Shown piece after piece: positions 51,982-63,600 of a DNA stretch of 64,000 bases. Origin of the DNA: Adineta vaga (taxonomy: Eukaryota; Animalia; Rotifera); the NCBI GenBank assembly GCA_021613535.1, contig CP075492.1, forward strand, positions 14,198,001-14,262,000. The letters are read 5' to 3'. The number at the start of each line of letters is the position of its first letter. Within the stretch, counting starts at the first letter, position 1. The notes below the pieces were generated by a model, which was given only the letters and a program-made list of their open reading frames with translations, searched no databases and was not told where the DNA came from. The position numbers and the translations under genes were made by a program.

Positions 51982-53247
51982 ATGTTTAAACTTCCATCAC
52001 CTCATGAAAAAGTACTTCCACATCAAATTCATATCATTCGACCTCAGACAAAACCACAGAATTCTTTTCACTTTGATCGAATAGCTGGTTCACTCGTAGG
52101 TTTAGCAGTTGGTGATGCTCTCGGAGCGAGTGTAGAATTTCGATCTCATCAATATCTACTTGCTCATCCTCTTCGTGATATGAAAGCTGGTGGAACATGG
52201 GATTTACAAGCAGGTCAATGGACAGATGATACTTCAATGGCTTTATGCCTTGCAGCATCACTTATTAGTAAACGAGTTTTTAATCCTTATGATCAAATGG
52301 TTCGTTATAAATGGTGGTATAAATACGGTTATTTATCATCGACAGGTGAATGTTTTGATATTGGTAATGGAACTCGTAAAGCATTAGAAGAATTCTATCG
52401 ACGTCAGCTTCAATTAAAAAAGAAACTTCGTTTAAAAGATGATTTAGAAGTTGATCAAGTTTCTCGACAGATTATTGATAATGTACAATTTAATGTCAAT
52501 TGTAGTGGACAAGGAGCATGTGGAAATGGAGCATTAATGCGTCTTGCACCTGTAGCTCTCTTTTTCTATCGTGTTCCTTATGTTGCTGTTGAATTATCGG
52601 GACGCAGCGCTCGTTTAACTCATGGTGATGAAGTTGCCGTAGATGCATGTCGTTATTATGCTGCCTTAATTGTTGCAGCTATTACAGGTGAATCAAAAGA
52701 AAATCTTCTTCATGAACGTTTCTATGATTCACATAAAAGTTGGTTCGGTCGCAAACCTCTTCATCAAGATATTCTTCGTGTAGCTGCTGGATCATTTAAA
52801 CGACCAGGTGGTTATAAAGATGGAATTCGTGGTGCAGGATATGTTGTTCCATCATTAGAAGCAGCTTTATGGGCATTTTGGAAAGGAAAATCTTTTGAAG
52901 ATGGTGTATTGAATGCTATTCATTTAGGTGATGATACTGACACAACAGCTGCTATCTATGGTCAACTAGGAGGTGCTTATTATGGTTATCAAAGTATTCC
53001 ATATAATTGGATACATAAACTTTATGCTAATTCGTTGATTGTTTGCGTGGCTGAATGGTTACAAGCATTGAGTTATCGAAGAACGAAAGTATGTAGTCAT
53101 AAAAGACTCAGACATACTACTATTCGTCCATCGAGAAAGATAAAACAACAAACTGGTTGTATGGATGAGACTACACAAAGTACAATACTACAAACCGTAG
53201 ACGACATATATCGACGAGATATTGGTGCTAAATCAGTGGCAAAGTAG
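51982..53247 (+). CDS. ADP-ribosylglycohydrolase (DraG/ARH family)
   Basis: GDALG, WTDDT, GNGALMR, TH and GDDTDTTAAI metal-binding motifs. The ATG is preceded by an acceptor-like tttaatttag, so a 5' exon is possible. Confidence 0.92.
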   Translation: MFKLPSPHEKVLPHQIHIIRPQTKPQNSFHFDRIAGSLVGLAVGDALGASVEFRSHQYLLAHPLRDMKAGGTWDLQAGQWTDDTSMALCLAASLISKRVFNPYDQMVRYKWWYKYGYLSSTGECFDIGNGTRKALEEFYRRQLQLKKKLRLKDDLEVDQVSRQIIDNVQFNVNCSGQGACGNGALMRLAPVALFFYRVPYVAVELSGRSARLTHGDEVAVDACRYYAALIVAAITGESKENLLHERFYDSHKSWFGRKPLHQDILRVAAGSFKRPGGYKDGIRGAGYVVPSLEAALWAFWKGKSFEDGVLNAIHLGDDTDTTAAIYGQLGGAYYGYQSIPYNWIHKLYANSLIVCVAEWLQALSYRRTKVCSHKRLRHTTIRPSRKIKQQTGCMDETTQSTILQTVDDIYRRDIGAKSVAK

Positions 53248-54038
53248 ATATGCAACGTACAAATGATTTGGCTGATGATACTGTTTTGAAAAAAAAAGAA
53301 ATCGATGTAAAACTATCATTTTATCTCATATTTTCTTGTCATTTTTTTGTTTGAGAGAAACGAGCGATTTTCTATCAATAAATTTGAAAATGTTTGTGTA
53401 TGAGACCTTTTCTAGATTATCCCAAAGGAAGAAAAGATATTTATATGAGTATGATGAAGATTGTTTTCTTCCTTTCCTTGACATATTTTGTATACATTAT
53501 TTTCTCTCGCTTTTTTCTTCTTCTTTTCCCTCTCTCTCTCTGTCTCTCGCGTATATGACATTTTTGTATTCTCTGTTTGATAGTTCGCTATGCCTCGTCG
53601 TGAAGAAGATAAAAACATCCTTTTCACGTGATGAAAGAGAATCGATGAGGAAGATAGATTGTTCTTTTTTAATCGCATAAAAAATCGATAGATTTTGTTA
53701 GCGATATCTTCTTAGTTTTCTTACGAATGCGTTAAAAACAAATAGCGAGAGAGAGAGTTGGATAAGATAAAAACATATGAAAATAATTCTTAGGACGTAT
53801 AATAATATACGAGCGTTATTATTCACTTCATTTTGTTAGAATAAAATTGCATTCTTCTTTATCAGTACATGATATTGAGTAATAAATCTTTTCTTTTTTA
53901 TTACATTCTGTCGATTTTTGTCTAATAAATAGACAGATGGTATAATAATCGTTTAATCATAGATAATGGTAGCTACTTGTTGAATATAAATATATATATA
54001 TGAATGTGAAAAGTGCTTAATTATTCGGAGAGAAAAAT

Positions 54039-56833
54039 ATGGTTGAAGAGATTGCTTTAGTCCCTCGAGAAATATCAAATCGAGATGATGTTGAAAATCA
54101 TCAAGAAGGTATCGAAGTCATTAACCGGTAAGTGCAAATAATTCCATTTCGAACTACAATGAGATATATGAAAATTTTTCTTAGAATATTCAATACGAAA
54201 ACATCTTTGAATCAATTCTTAGTATGGATTTTCTCTTTGATCTGTTTATTACTTATTACTGGTCCATTAACATGGCATATTTCATATTTAGTACCAATGA
54301 TGAAAACACGAAATATTCCATCAAATATGTTTAGTGAAGAACGTGCTCGAGATTATCTACTAAACTTAACTCAATATGGTTCTCGAGTAGTTAATACATA
54401 TGGAAATTATGCTGCACGTGATTATCTTATTTTACAAATTCAAAAAATCTTTTCGATGAGTAAACGAAAACTTCAACTTGAAATTGATCGTCAGAATTTT
54501 ACTGATATTGATTCCAATCCATTACAGAATATTATTATTCGCATTTCAAAGTCATCGGTATACTCTCAAGACCTATGGAATATTCTCCTAAGTGCTCATT
54601 ATGATTCCGGTAAATTGTATATTTTGAAAACGAACATAGTAAGTACATCATCTTTACTTTGTAGTGGAATTCAGTCCTGGAAGTAGTGACGATGGTTCTG
54701 GTGTCGTGATTTTACTTGAATTATTATCAAATATATTAAATGATTTAACAATAGATTTCTCTACTCATAATCTTATTATTGTATTTACTGATGCAGAAGA
54801 AATGGGTTTACAAGGCGCACGTACATTCAAACGTCAGCATGTTTGGTATCGTAATATACAACGTTTTATTAATGTTGATTCAGTTCATTGTAATCAAGTT
54901 GCTAATCTCATACAAATTCAATCATCACAGGTTGGATTTTCTTCGTCAAAACTTCAATAACACTTCATTCTCGTTTTGTATATAGCTTGCTCTTGAATAC
55001 AGTCATGTGCCTAAACCTCGAACAAATGTTCTCTTGCAACATATTGCTGTTTGGCTTGGTATTCGTACTGATTATGATATGTATATTTTATATGATTCAA
55101 AAATATCAGGTTATAATTTCGGTTTCTTTCTCGATGGTTATACATACCATACATCATCGGATGACTTATCTACAATAAAATCCGGTGTTCTTCAAGAATT
55201 AGGAGATAATCTTCTTGTTTTAATACGTAATATATTTCTTGATAAAATCAATGATTTCAATGATGATTCATTTATTTATTTCGATATTCTTGGTCGATAT
55301 CTAATGGTATATAAATTATCAACAACATTGATCATTCAACGAATATTAATTTTCATATTTGTTATAATTAGTATTAGTTTAATTATAATGGATCATTTTT
55401 ATCATCGAAAACGATCTTGTGAATGTCGAAATCTTCATTGTATCTATGTTCAATACAAATATCCATTATCTCTTCGAATTCTGTCGATTATAATCTATTC
55501 CATTTCAAATATGCTTTCATTGGCAAATGGTTTTCTTTGTTCAATCTTAATTGCATTCGTTATGTCATTAACTCAACCATTTTCATGGTTTGGTAGTCCA
55601 TTATTAGCTATTCTTCTATTTAGTTTACCATATTTCCTTGGCGTGTCTATGATTGGATATCTATCCACTCGATTTCATTGTTTTATTCGAAGAAAATTTC
55701 GAAAACAACCAATAATGACAGAACATTTTGATTTTGAACAAAATATATCAATGATGATTATCTTCATCAGTTTAATGATTATATCTATTCGTTGGAAGAC
55801 TCCATTGTTGTACATAGTCTTAGTTTGGACAATCTTTATCTTTCCGATTTATCTTCTTGTAATGATTATTGAGTTTCTTATTGAATGGAAAGAAATACAT
55901 TGGAAGATGTTTCATCGAAAACATTATTGGTATTATCTACCATTGATGGTTTCTCTGTTTCCATTAGCACATACAATTGAAATTGCCTATCGTTTAATTC
56001 GAATTCTTATACCAATTCTTGCGCGAAGATTTTTCTATGGTTGGTCTTTTCATGAAAATCGTCTTCTTTGCTGTATTATCGTTGTTCCTACAATGTTATT
56101 TACATTAATTCTTCTTCCAATACTGCAACGAACAAAATGTTTTGGACGAGTCTTTATTTCACTATCGATTGGATTTGTTATTATTTGGATGCTTGCTTTA
56201 ATTCGACAACCATTTACAAAAAATCATCCAAATACTTTGTATCCTCAACATATGTCCAATACGACTTATAAAATAGAAAATCTAACAAATATTTCGATGA
56301 ATGCTTCACTTGTATCACAATCATCATTGATAAAAGTTCTCATTCTTGCTGATGTTAAACTCTTACCTATTCTTGAGGATTTTTCAGCAAAAAGTGGTCA
56401 TTTATTGCAAAATAAACATTGTTTCAGTCGAGCTAATTGTACGTTTGATGATACATTTAATCGTCCACTTGCTATTGAAAATATTCGAATTGAACCGAGG
56501 AAAACTTCATTAGATTATACTCTTATCATTCAACATGTTTCATCTTATAATATTTACATTTCATCCTTATCTTTTCTGAAATTTAATATTCGTAATCGAG
56601 CAACAATTCCACGAACAACAACGATCATTGATTTATCCTTAAATTCAACTTTGGATTTGATTGAGATGAATATCGTAATTCGACGATGTGATTTAAAAGA
56701 TTCTCCATTTTTATTATTATTTACTCGTTTTGTATCCAATATCCTGCCGATGGGAGATGCAGTCTGTCAAACAATTGAGGATAGTACGAAATTAATTATT
56801 GATTTCAATACATTTTCTAATCTTTCGAAATAA
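54039..56833 (+). CDS. ERMP1-like M28 membrane metallopeptidase, 4 exons
   Basis: FSEERA, SAHYDS, SDDGSG, AEEMGL, TDY and YHT motifs, followed by a multi-TM region and a luminal C-terminal domain. Confidence 0.88.
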
Positions 56834-56898
56834 AATCGAACATATTATATTGCAAAAATCTTTTGAATATTAAAAACAAAAAGCAATTTTTCATTTAG

Positions 56899-58062
56899 TT
56901 ATAGTTTCGATCGAATGCGATGATTATTCATCACCAACAGATTATTTTTTCTAATATCTGCAATTGTTTCACATCCACATAACATCATTGCTAAACGAAA
57001 TTCTTTTTTTAAGATATTCAATACATTTTTCACTCCTTGTTCGCCATCAACTGCTAAACCCCACAATATTGGTCTTCCAATTAGTACTGCTTTTGCACCT
57101 AATGCGATTGCTTTTAATATATCTGTTCCTCGACGTATACCACCATCGACATAAACATCAAGATGAGAATGATGACCTAAAGCATTGATAATATCCGATA
57201 GAGCATCCATAGTATTAACACTTGTATCTAATTGTCGTCCGCCATGATTTGATACGATTATTGCTTGAACACCATATTTAACAGCTTGACAAGCATCATC
57301 GGGATGTAAAATACCTTTGAGAATAATTGGTAATGAAGTGATCGATCTTATCCAATCTAAATCTTTCCATGATAAGGAAGTATCACGTGGTAATTCTTGA
57401 TATTTCTTTGTTGATTCGTCTTGTTCATCAATCAAGTTTTCTGCTCGTATACCATCGGGTAGAGAAAATTTATTGTGAACACTTGATTCTCGATTACCTA
57501 TGACACATGTATCAACAGTGAGAACTAATGCTTTATAACCTGACCTTTCTGCTCGTTCAATTAACTTTTGGGTAATCTGTCGGTCTTTGAATACGTAAAG
57601 TTGATACCAAAGTTGTGAATGACTTTGAGGAAAATATTCTCGAATTTGACGTCGATGTTCATCAGCTATAAGTTCCATACGTATTGATGAAATCGTACTC
57701 ACACACATAATTGTTGAACAAGCAACAGCAGCTCGAACAGTAGCTAATTCTCCATGTTCATTATGTGCTAAACGATGTAGAGCAGTAGGAGCAATGATAC
57801 ATGGGAATGATAGTGTTGCTGTCGAATTTAAAATCTGAGTTTCAGAACTGATGGAATCAGTTGTTGTATGTTTTGAAACATCGATCAATACTTTTGGACG
57901 TAATTGTATACGACGAAATGCTTTTTGATTATCAGTTAATGTTAGTTGATCATCGGAACCAGTATAATAATAATCGTAAGCCATTTGTGATAATTTTTCT
58001 TTGGCTCGTTGATGATAATCTTCAATATTCAATAGAGCACGAGCTATTTTTGTTTGATTCAT
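56899..58062 (-). CDS. FMN-dependent (S)-2-hydroxy-acid oxidase (glycolate oxidase/HAO-like), PTS1 -SKL, intronless
   Basis: WYQLY, LTVD, LKGI, VSNHGGRQLD, DGGIRRGTD; ends RSKL. Confidence 0.93.
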   Translation of the reverse strand: MNQTKIARALLNIEDYHQRAKEKLSQMAYDYYYTGSDDQLTLTDNQKAFRRIQLRPKVLIDVSKHTTTDSISSETQILNSTATLSFPCIIAPTALHRLAHNEHGELATVRAAVACSTIMCVSTISSIRMELIADEHRRQIREYFPQSHSQLWYQLYVFKDRQITQKLIERAERSGYKALVLTVDTCVIGNRESSVHNKFSLPDGIRAENLIDEQDESTKKYQELPRDTSLSWKDLDWIRSITSLPIILKGILHPDDACQAVKYGVQAIIVSNHGGRQLDTSVNTMDALSDIINALGHHSHLDVYVDGGIRRGTDILKAIALGAKAVLIGRPILWGLAVDGEQGVKNVLNILKKEFRLAMMLCGCETIADIRKNNLLVMNNHRIRSKL

Positions 58063-58644
58063 TCTCGAAAATGAATATCGTTGTTTTTTTCAATATAAGA
58101 AAGAAAATACTCGTCGTCAATTATATTTTACTTCGGATTCTTTTATGATGTTTATCAATGATACCATGTGCGCGCGTGATACCTGCTATCCTACATTCAT
58201 ACTTTTTTTTCTCGTAATTCGATCACTCTTATCATTTGTAACTCGCACACAAACATATTGCATTTTTCTCTATGATATTTCACTATTCGGAACTTAATTT
58301 ATAAATATCTTCTATCGAACTCTTTTTCTTATCTTATTTCAATCAATAATCGTTGACTTGAATCATTGAATGACAAAAGCTACTATCATATATGATTTTC
58401 CGAATATTCCATTCATCTGAAACACCTGTGAACACTCGAGTACTCTTAAAACAACTCTTGTTTATGCCAATAGAAATTAATCGTCTTCATTATCAATTTC
58501 ATTAAACTATAACTCTTTTGGTAGTTTGATTAATTTATTAAATTGTAATGTGACAAAATTGAGTGTTATAACTTTTTCACATTGTCAATATATGATTATC
58601 TTTGAGTATTAAATAAAACTAATCGCTCAATGGATTATTTTTAC

Positions 58645-59718
58645 TTAATCATCGTCATCGTCATCATCATCACTGTCATCGTCGTCGTGTTGGTCGTTCA
58701 CTTTTTCACATTCTATCAGGTCAATTTTGACATACTGTGGACCAAGTTGTTCTATTGATCTGATTACAAATGCTGTATAAGGTCCAACAAGAACTTCTTT
58801 CTCCATTGAATATTCCGAAAGTCGTTCAATATCAAGTCCTGTTCGATTGTTAATAATTTCGTAGCTGCATATTGCCGATAGTTTACAATGTTCACCATGG
58901 ACAGTTTGACGGTCAGTTTTATTCTTCGTTGCGAATTCTGCAGCGACTTCTGGCACCTTCGTTGTCGACATAAATGCTTTATTCATGACTTTTCCTCCTA
59001 TTCCGTACTGTTTTAAATCATCTTGCGTGATACACATACCACGGTAAACTTTTCCTATGTATGAAAGATTTTCGAATGCTGGGTTATTATAGAAAAAATC
59101 TATGAAATACGTAATGCCATAATTAGTTCCTTGATCGAAATGTTTCGTTGCAAGATCTTTGTTTAGTTTCTTATAGAAATCTGACTCAACAGTGTAGGCT
59201 TTTAACAGATAAATGGGATCTCCTGTCTGCTCGGCATCAGCAAGAAACTTTCCAATACGTTCAACATCTGTATGAGACATTTCTTCTCTAATAAATTTAA
59301 TCCGATGATTAATATGTTGACTCTTCCAACCAAGTCCTGCATGGCGAAATCGATAGTTTCTCGCCACTTCTTCTGCTGCATCATCACATTTCATCCAGTC
59401 AATATGACCAGAGTCACCGGTAGAAAATCTGCTTTCTGATTGTCGAAGGAACAGTTCTTTAATGTCTTGCTTTCCTGCTTCGTCAAATGGAAGACATTTA
59501 TATTTGTTTTCTACCGAACGACTGGCACCTCGATCTAATAACAATTTGACGATTTTTTTGTGACCATAATAACTAGCGACATGAAGAGCAGTTGATTTAT
59601 TAACATGATATGCATCAATTTCTTCTAACGACATTTTAGGCAATAAATCTTGAACTTCATCTACTTTTCCTGCGCGACACAACTCATAAAGCGTGCTGGT
59701 TGCCGATGAAGAAGCCAT
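58645..59718 (-). CDS. Ankyrin-repeat + R-S-E ADP-ribosyltransferase with an acidic tail (5'UTR intron 59723-59790)
   Basis: STALHVASYYGH ankyrin; KAYT, VYRG, FMSTTK and SMEKEVL; poly-Asp C-terminus. Confidence 0.9.
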   Translation of the reverse strand: MASSSATSTLYELCRAGKVDEVQDLLPKMSLEEIDAYHVNKSTALHVASYYGHKKIVKLLLDRGASRSVENKYKCLPFDEAGKQDIKELFLRQSESRFSTGDSGHIDWMKCDDAAEEVARNYRFRHAGLGWKSQHINHRIKFIREEMSHTDVERIGKFLADAEQTGDPIYLLKAYTVESDFYKKLNKDLATKHFDQGTNYGITYFIDFFYNNPAFENLSYIGKVYRGMCITQDDLKQYGIGGKVMNKAFMSTTKVPEVAAEFATKNKTDRQTVHGEHCKLSAICSYEIINNRTGLDIERLSEYSMEKEVLVGPYTAFVIRSIEQLGPQYVKIDLIECEKVNDQHDDDDSDDDDDDDD

Positions 59719-59930
59719 AGATCTATTTAAAGGAATATATTGCAAAAATTCTCTTCTATAAACATTTCTGACTGAATGAAAAACACTTACCAGTATACTT
59801 GTTATATATCACAAATATTAGTACCTCAAATATATTTGAAATCAATGTAAAAATCTAAAAAAAAAAGAAGTGCATTTATCCTTGACATCAAATAAAAGTG
59901 TGAAAGAATAAAATAAAAAAACGTTTTTCA

Positions 59931-62900
59931 TTAACCAGATTGTAACTTATCATCAATTTTCTGGATGAGTTTAGTCAATGCAGTATTGAAGTTATTCTCT
60001 GTAAATTCAAATGGTATATTTCCTCCAATGAGATGGTCTAACCAGCCTTTGACTTTATATTTGTTTTCGACTATTAGTGGTATAATCGGAGAATTGTGAT
60101 TGAAAGCATATTCAACTTCTGCCATGCAAAATTTTGATGAACGATAAGCAGCTGACATACAGACAAGCATTACACATTTCTTATCGATTGCTTTTTGCAT
60201 AAGTTCTAAACGATGTTTTCCGTCTGTTTCTGTATAGATTCGATAATTTTTTCCCTTAAGACGTTTATACATTCGAAGACAAATGCGCCTATCACTTGGA
60301 TTATTACAATAACTCATTACCAGGTCTAAGGGAACTGACTCATCCCATTGATCATTTGTAGTAATGTGTTCGTCATTAAAATCAGCATCTGTTTCTCCTT
60401 CTCTTTCTTTTTTATCATGTTCTGAACGAAAGGATCTTTCATCACCCATTTTCCACATGATACCACTTGCGATTGTTCTTAGATTTTTTGATGGATCATT
60501 CAACAAGTATAAGATATAATCAATGAACAAGTCAATTTTTTTCAGTTCCTTGCTCATGATTGGTCCGTGTATTGAACTGAGTAACTTCCAAATAATATCT
60601 AATGTTAATCGTCGAATTTTTCTCAGGATCGAGACATTTGGCTTGTCAGGACAACTAACAGATATACATTTCGCTATTGAAGACATTGCTTTTTCTTCTA
60701 CAGCCATGTATCTTTCAATCAAATTATTTTCAATCAGAACTAAATGAATTGAGTTAATATTGTATTTGAAACTATTCTTTTCAAAAATATACCTTGTAGA
60801 TGTTGTAATATGCCGTGAAGTTTTATGCCTTCGTATGCTTGTCTCGGATCTCTTGATGAGTTGGTCATATATTCAACGTATGTTCTAGATAGCTCAAGAG
60901 GTTGAGGTAAATTATCAATACGTTTTGAATCAAATTTTGCCACTAATGTTTGTGAAACGAATTTGATTATTTTATCGTTATCTGATTGAAATCTTGTGCA
61001 AACATTTAAAAGATTTCTATTTTTTATTACAGAAAACATTTGTTTATCAAATACTAAATTGTATATTAATATTAATGATTGTCCTACAATATTTGTCATA
61101 ACATCAATGACATGTCCATTTGTATCTGTCAATGTTTTATTTTGCAAAACGTGTAAAATATGATCGAGTATTGGGGCTGATAAAAACTCTTTTCGCATCG
61201 ATGGAGTTAATGCTACATAATTCAATAGTTTTATATGATAAGTCATTGCTTCAATTCAAGTATGCTTCATATCTTCAGTATCATTTTCATCTAAAACAAG
61301 ACGTATAAACGAGTCTTAGTGGATATTCATCTTACCATCATTGTTGAAAACAGCTGGTAGATGTTGAGTAAAAATGATCTGAGCTTTATCGATGATTTTC
61401 TTGTTCATCAACAAAGTATTGAATTCTTTTTGTCGCTTGTAACCATGTTGAATAAGAAATTCGGGACATTCTCGCATGAAAAACATTTGTTTTAAAGCAA
61501 GAGTGCGGTTTTTTTGTACCATACCAGACACAGCTCTTGCTTGACTAAGATCAATGTTTTTGTAGGCATCCATATAATTATTTGAAATTATACATAAAAG
61601 AACGGGATCTAACAACGATTCTACTACATTCGTTTCATATTTCGTACAATTATGAAGACGTCGCGAAACTTCTTTGTATTTGGATACATTTGATGGATAT
61701 TGATAGATAGATAAATGTACAATATCTTTGTATAATTTATCTAAATATGCTTCGGTTAAAGGACTAAGTTTTACATCAATTCTTTTTTCTAAATATGATC
61801 CAACAAGAATGAAAACTATATATATTTGATTAAGATTAACATACTCTCTATATTTTTGATAGGACCCACTGTTGTTTTCTCTTTTGATTCGAAAATCATT
61901 TCATTGATAAACTTTTTAAAAGCCTTCTTCAGTTTACCAGGTTCATGCTTCTTACTAATGACTTCTTGCGTTAAAATCTCCATCAACATTTTAGATGCAA
62001 AATGAATTGTATAGTCTTTCTCGGATACCATTTGCGAACAGATATCTGCGAGATCGTCTTTTTTCAACATATTAAATATATTTTGCTCATACGCCAAATT
62101 CATTAAAATCATCATACTAAATCCAACAATTCGAACGTTTGGGTCAAATAAATACTCAGTGTATGATGTCTTGATAGTCAGATTTTGTCGTAAGATTATC
62201 AGTAACTGTGTGACAATAGAACTTTGCATAGTTAATTTTCTGAAAGAAGGTGTCAGTGATAAGTTGTATAGGAAATAACAATGAGAACTTGAAAGATATG
62301 CTTCTAATAGAGCACTGTCATACATATCCCATGTGGGTTCTACGCCTTAAATTAAACCAATAAGACATGGTTATGAAAAACTGAAAAATATTCTCACCAC
62401 GTGTTGCAGTATATTTATCAAAAATAGATTTACTAGCCGCTATCAGGGATTTTGATAATAACGCAGCAACTTGATTGTCTTGTAGGAACTTATGTCGAAC
62501 AATATATTGTGGACATATTTCAGTAAAGAAAATTTGTTTTGGTGTGAGTCGTATTTGATCGGGTTCCATTGTTTCGAATACTTGCCGATAATATTTTGAG
62601 CTTAAACATTTTACAACAGAATTGAGTAACATATCAACAATATTCAGTTTAGAGCAGAGAAGAACCAGACGATTAATGACTTTGTATTTAACGTGATATG
62701 AAGGATATTCGTTTCTTGATAGATCATCAAGAGCATGAACTAAAGTTTGAAGAAATGAGTCCGTTAAAAAGATAACGTGATACTGCACTGAAATAATTCT
62801 TGTTTCATCGTTTTCCGATAGGGAAAGATTAACATTGGTATCATTAGATGTCGAAATGGTTTGATATCGAAATTTTCGAGATTTCGGTAGCTCAGTTATA

Positions 62901-63475
62901 GTCATTTTTTTTTGTTCGGTTGGACGTGCCTTTGGAGCGTTTGGAGGTAGACGCGCTGTCTTAACATTTAGTTTTTCTGTAAGTTGCTTGATCATCCTGT
63001 TATTTTCATGCAAATTCACAACTTTAGTATTTACTTTTTCCGTCACCGGAACTACTTCTGTAGGCACGTCTCCATAGATCAAACCTCCCGATTCATTTTG
63101 ATATAAACATAGCTGTGTTACCAAATAACTTATTGAATTGAAACAGTCTTCTTCTTGTTTAGTCATTGTTACTGTTCGAGAATGATTCGATTTGATCAAT
63201 AACAATTCTAATGTTTGACTAATATAATCGAAAATTGGATGGTTTCTAAGAATTAGATGATCAAATAGTTTACGCATCTTCAACGTAGCTAAATCGTCAC
63301 AAAAAGTTGTGAGAAAACTCAATCCATCGTTTTTTTTCTTTTGTGAAGATGCTTTGTCCAAATAAGAAATAATATCGTCGAACAAATGTTTCATATCTTC
63401 AATTCTGAACATACGTCGTTTTTGACGAAGTCGACGGACAATAATCCCGTATCGCAATGACAAGTTCTCCATCAT
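59931..63475 (-). CDS. Large multi-exon helical/ARM-like repeat protein with a C-terminal TIR domain (5' end uncertain)
   Basis: TIR motifs DLVMSY, LVCMS..YRSSKFCMAEVEYA and IIPLIV..GWL. ORFs 62318-63490, 61816-62325, 61316-61615, 60740-61246 and 59931-60722 are separated by short GT-AG gaps. Confidence 0.8.
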
Positions 63476-63600
63476 AACAGTATAGCTCAATATAAGAAAA
63501 TTATATGATAATCTAAAATTATAATGTTCGTTTATGTTTTAAAATATTTTATACTTAATTCAATGTTTGTAATAGAGAAGAAGAAAAAATCAGTTCTATC

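Noticed and set aside
53336-53680. Overlapping ORFs on both strands
   Set aside because: They derive from CT/GA-rich low-complexity intergenic sequence and contain no domain signal.
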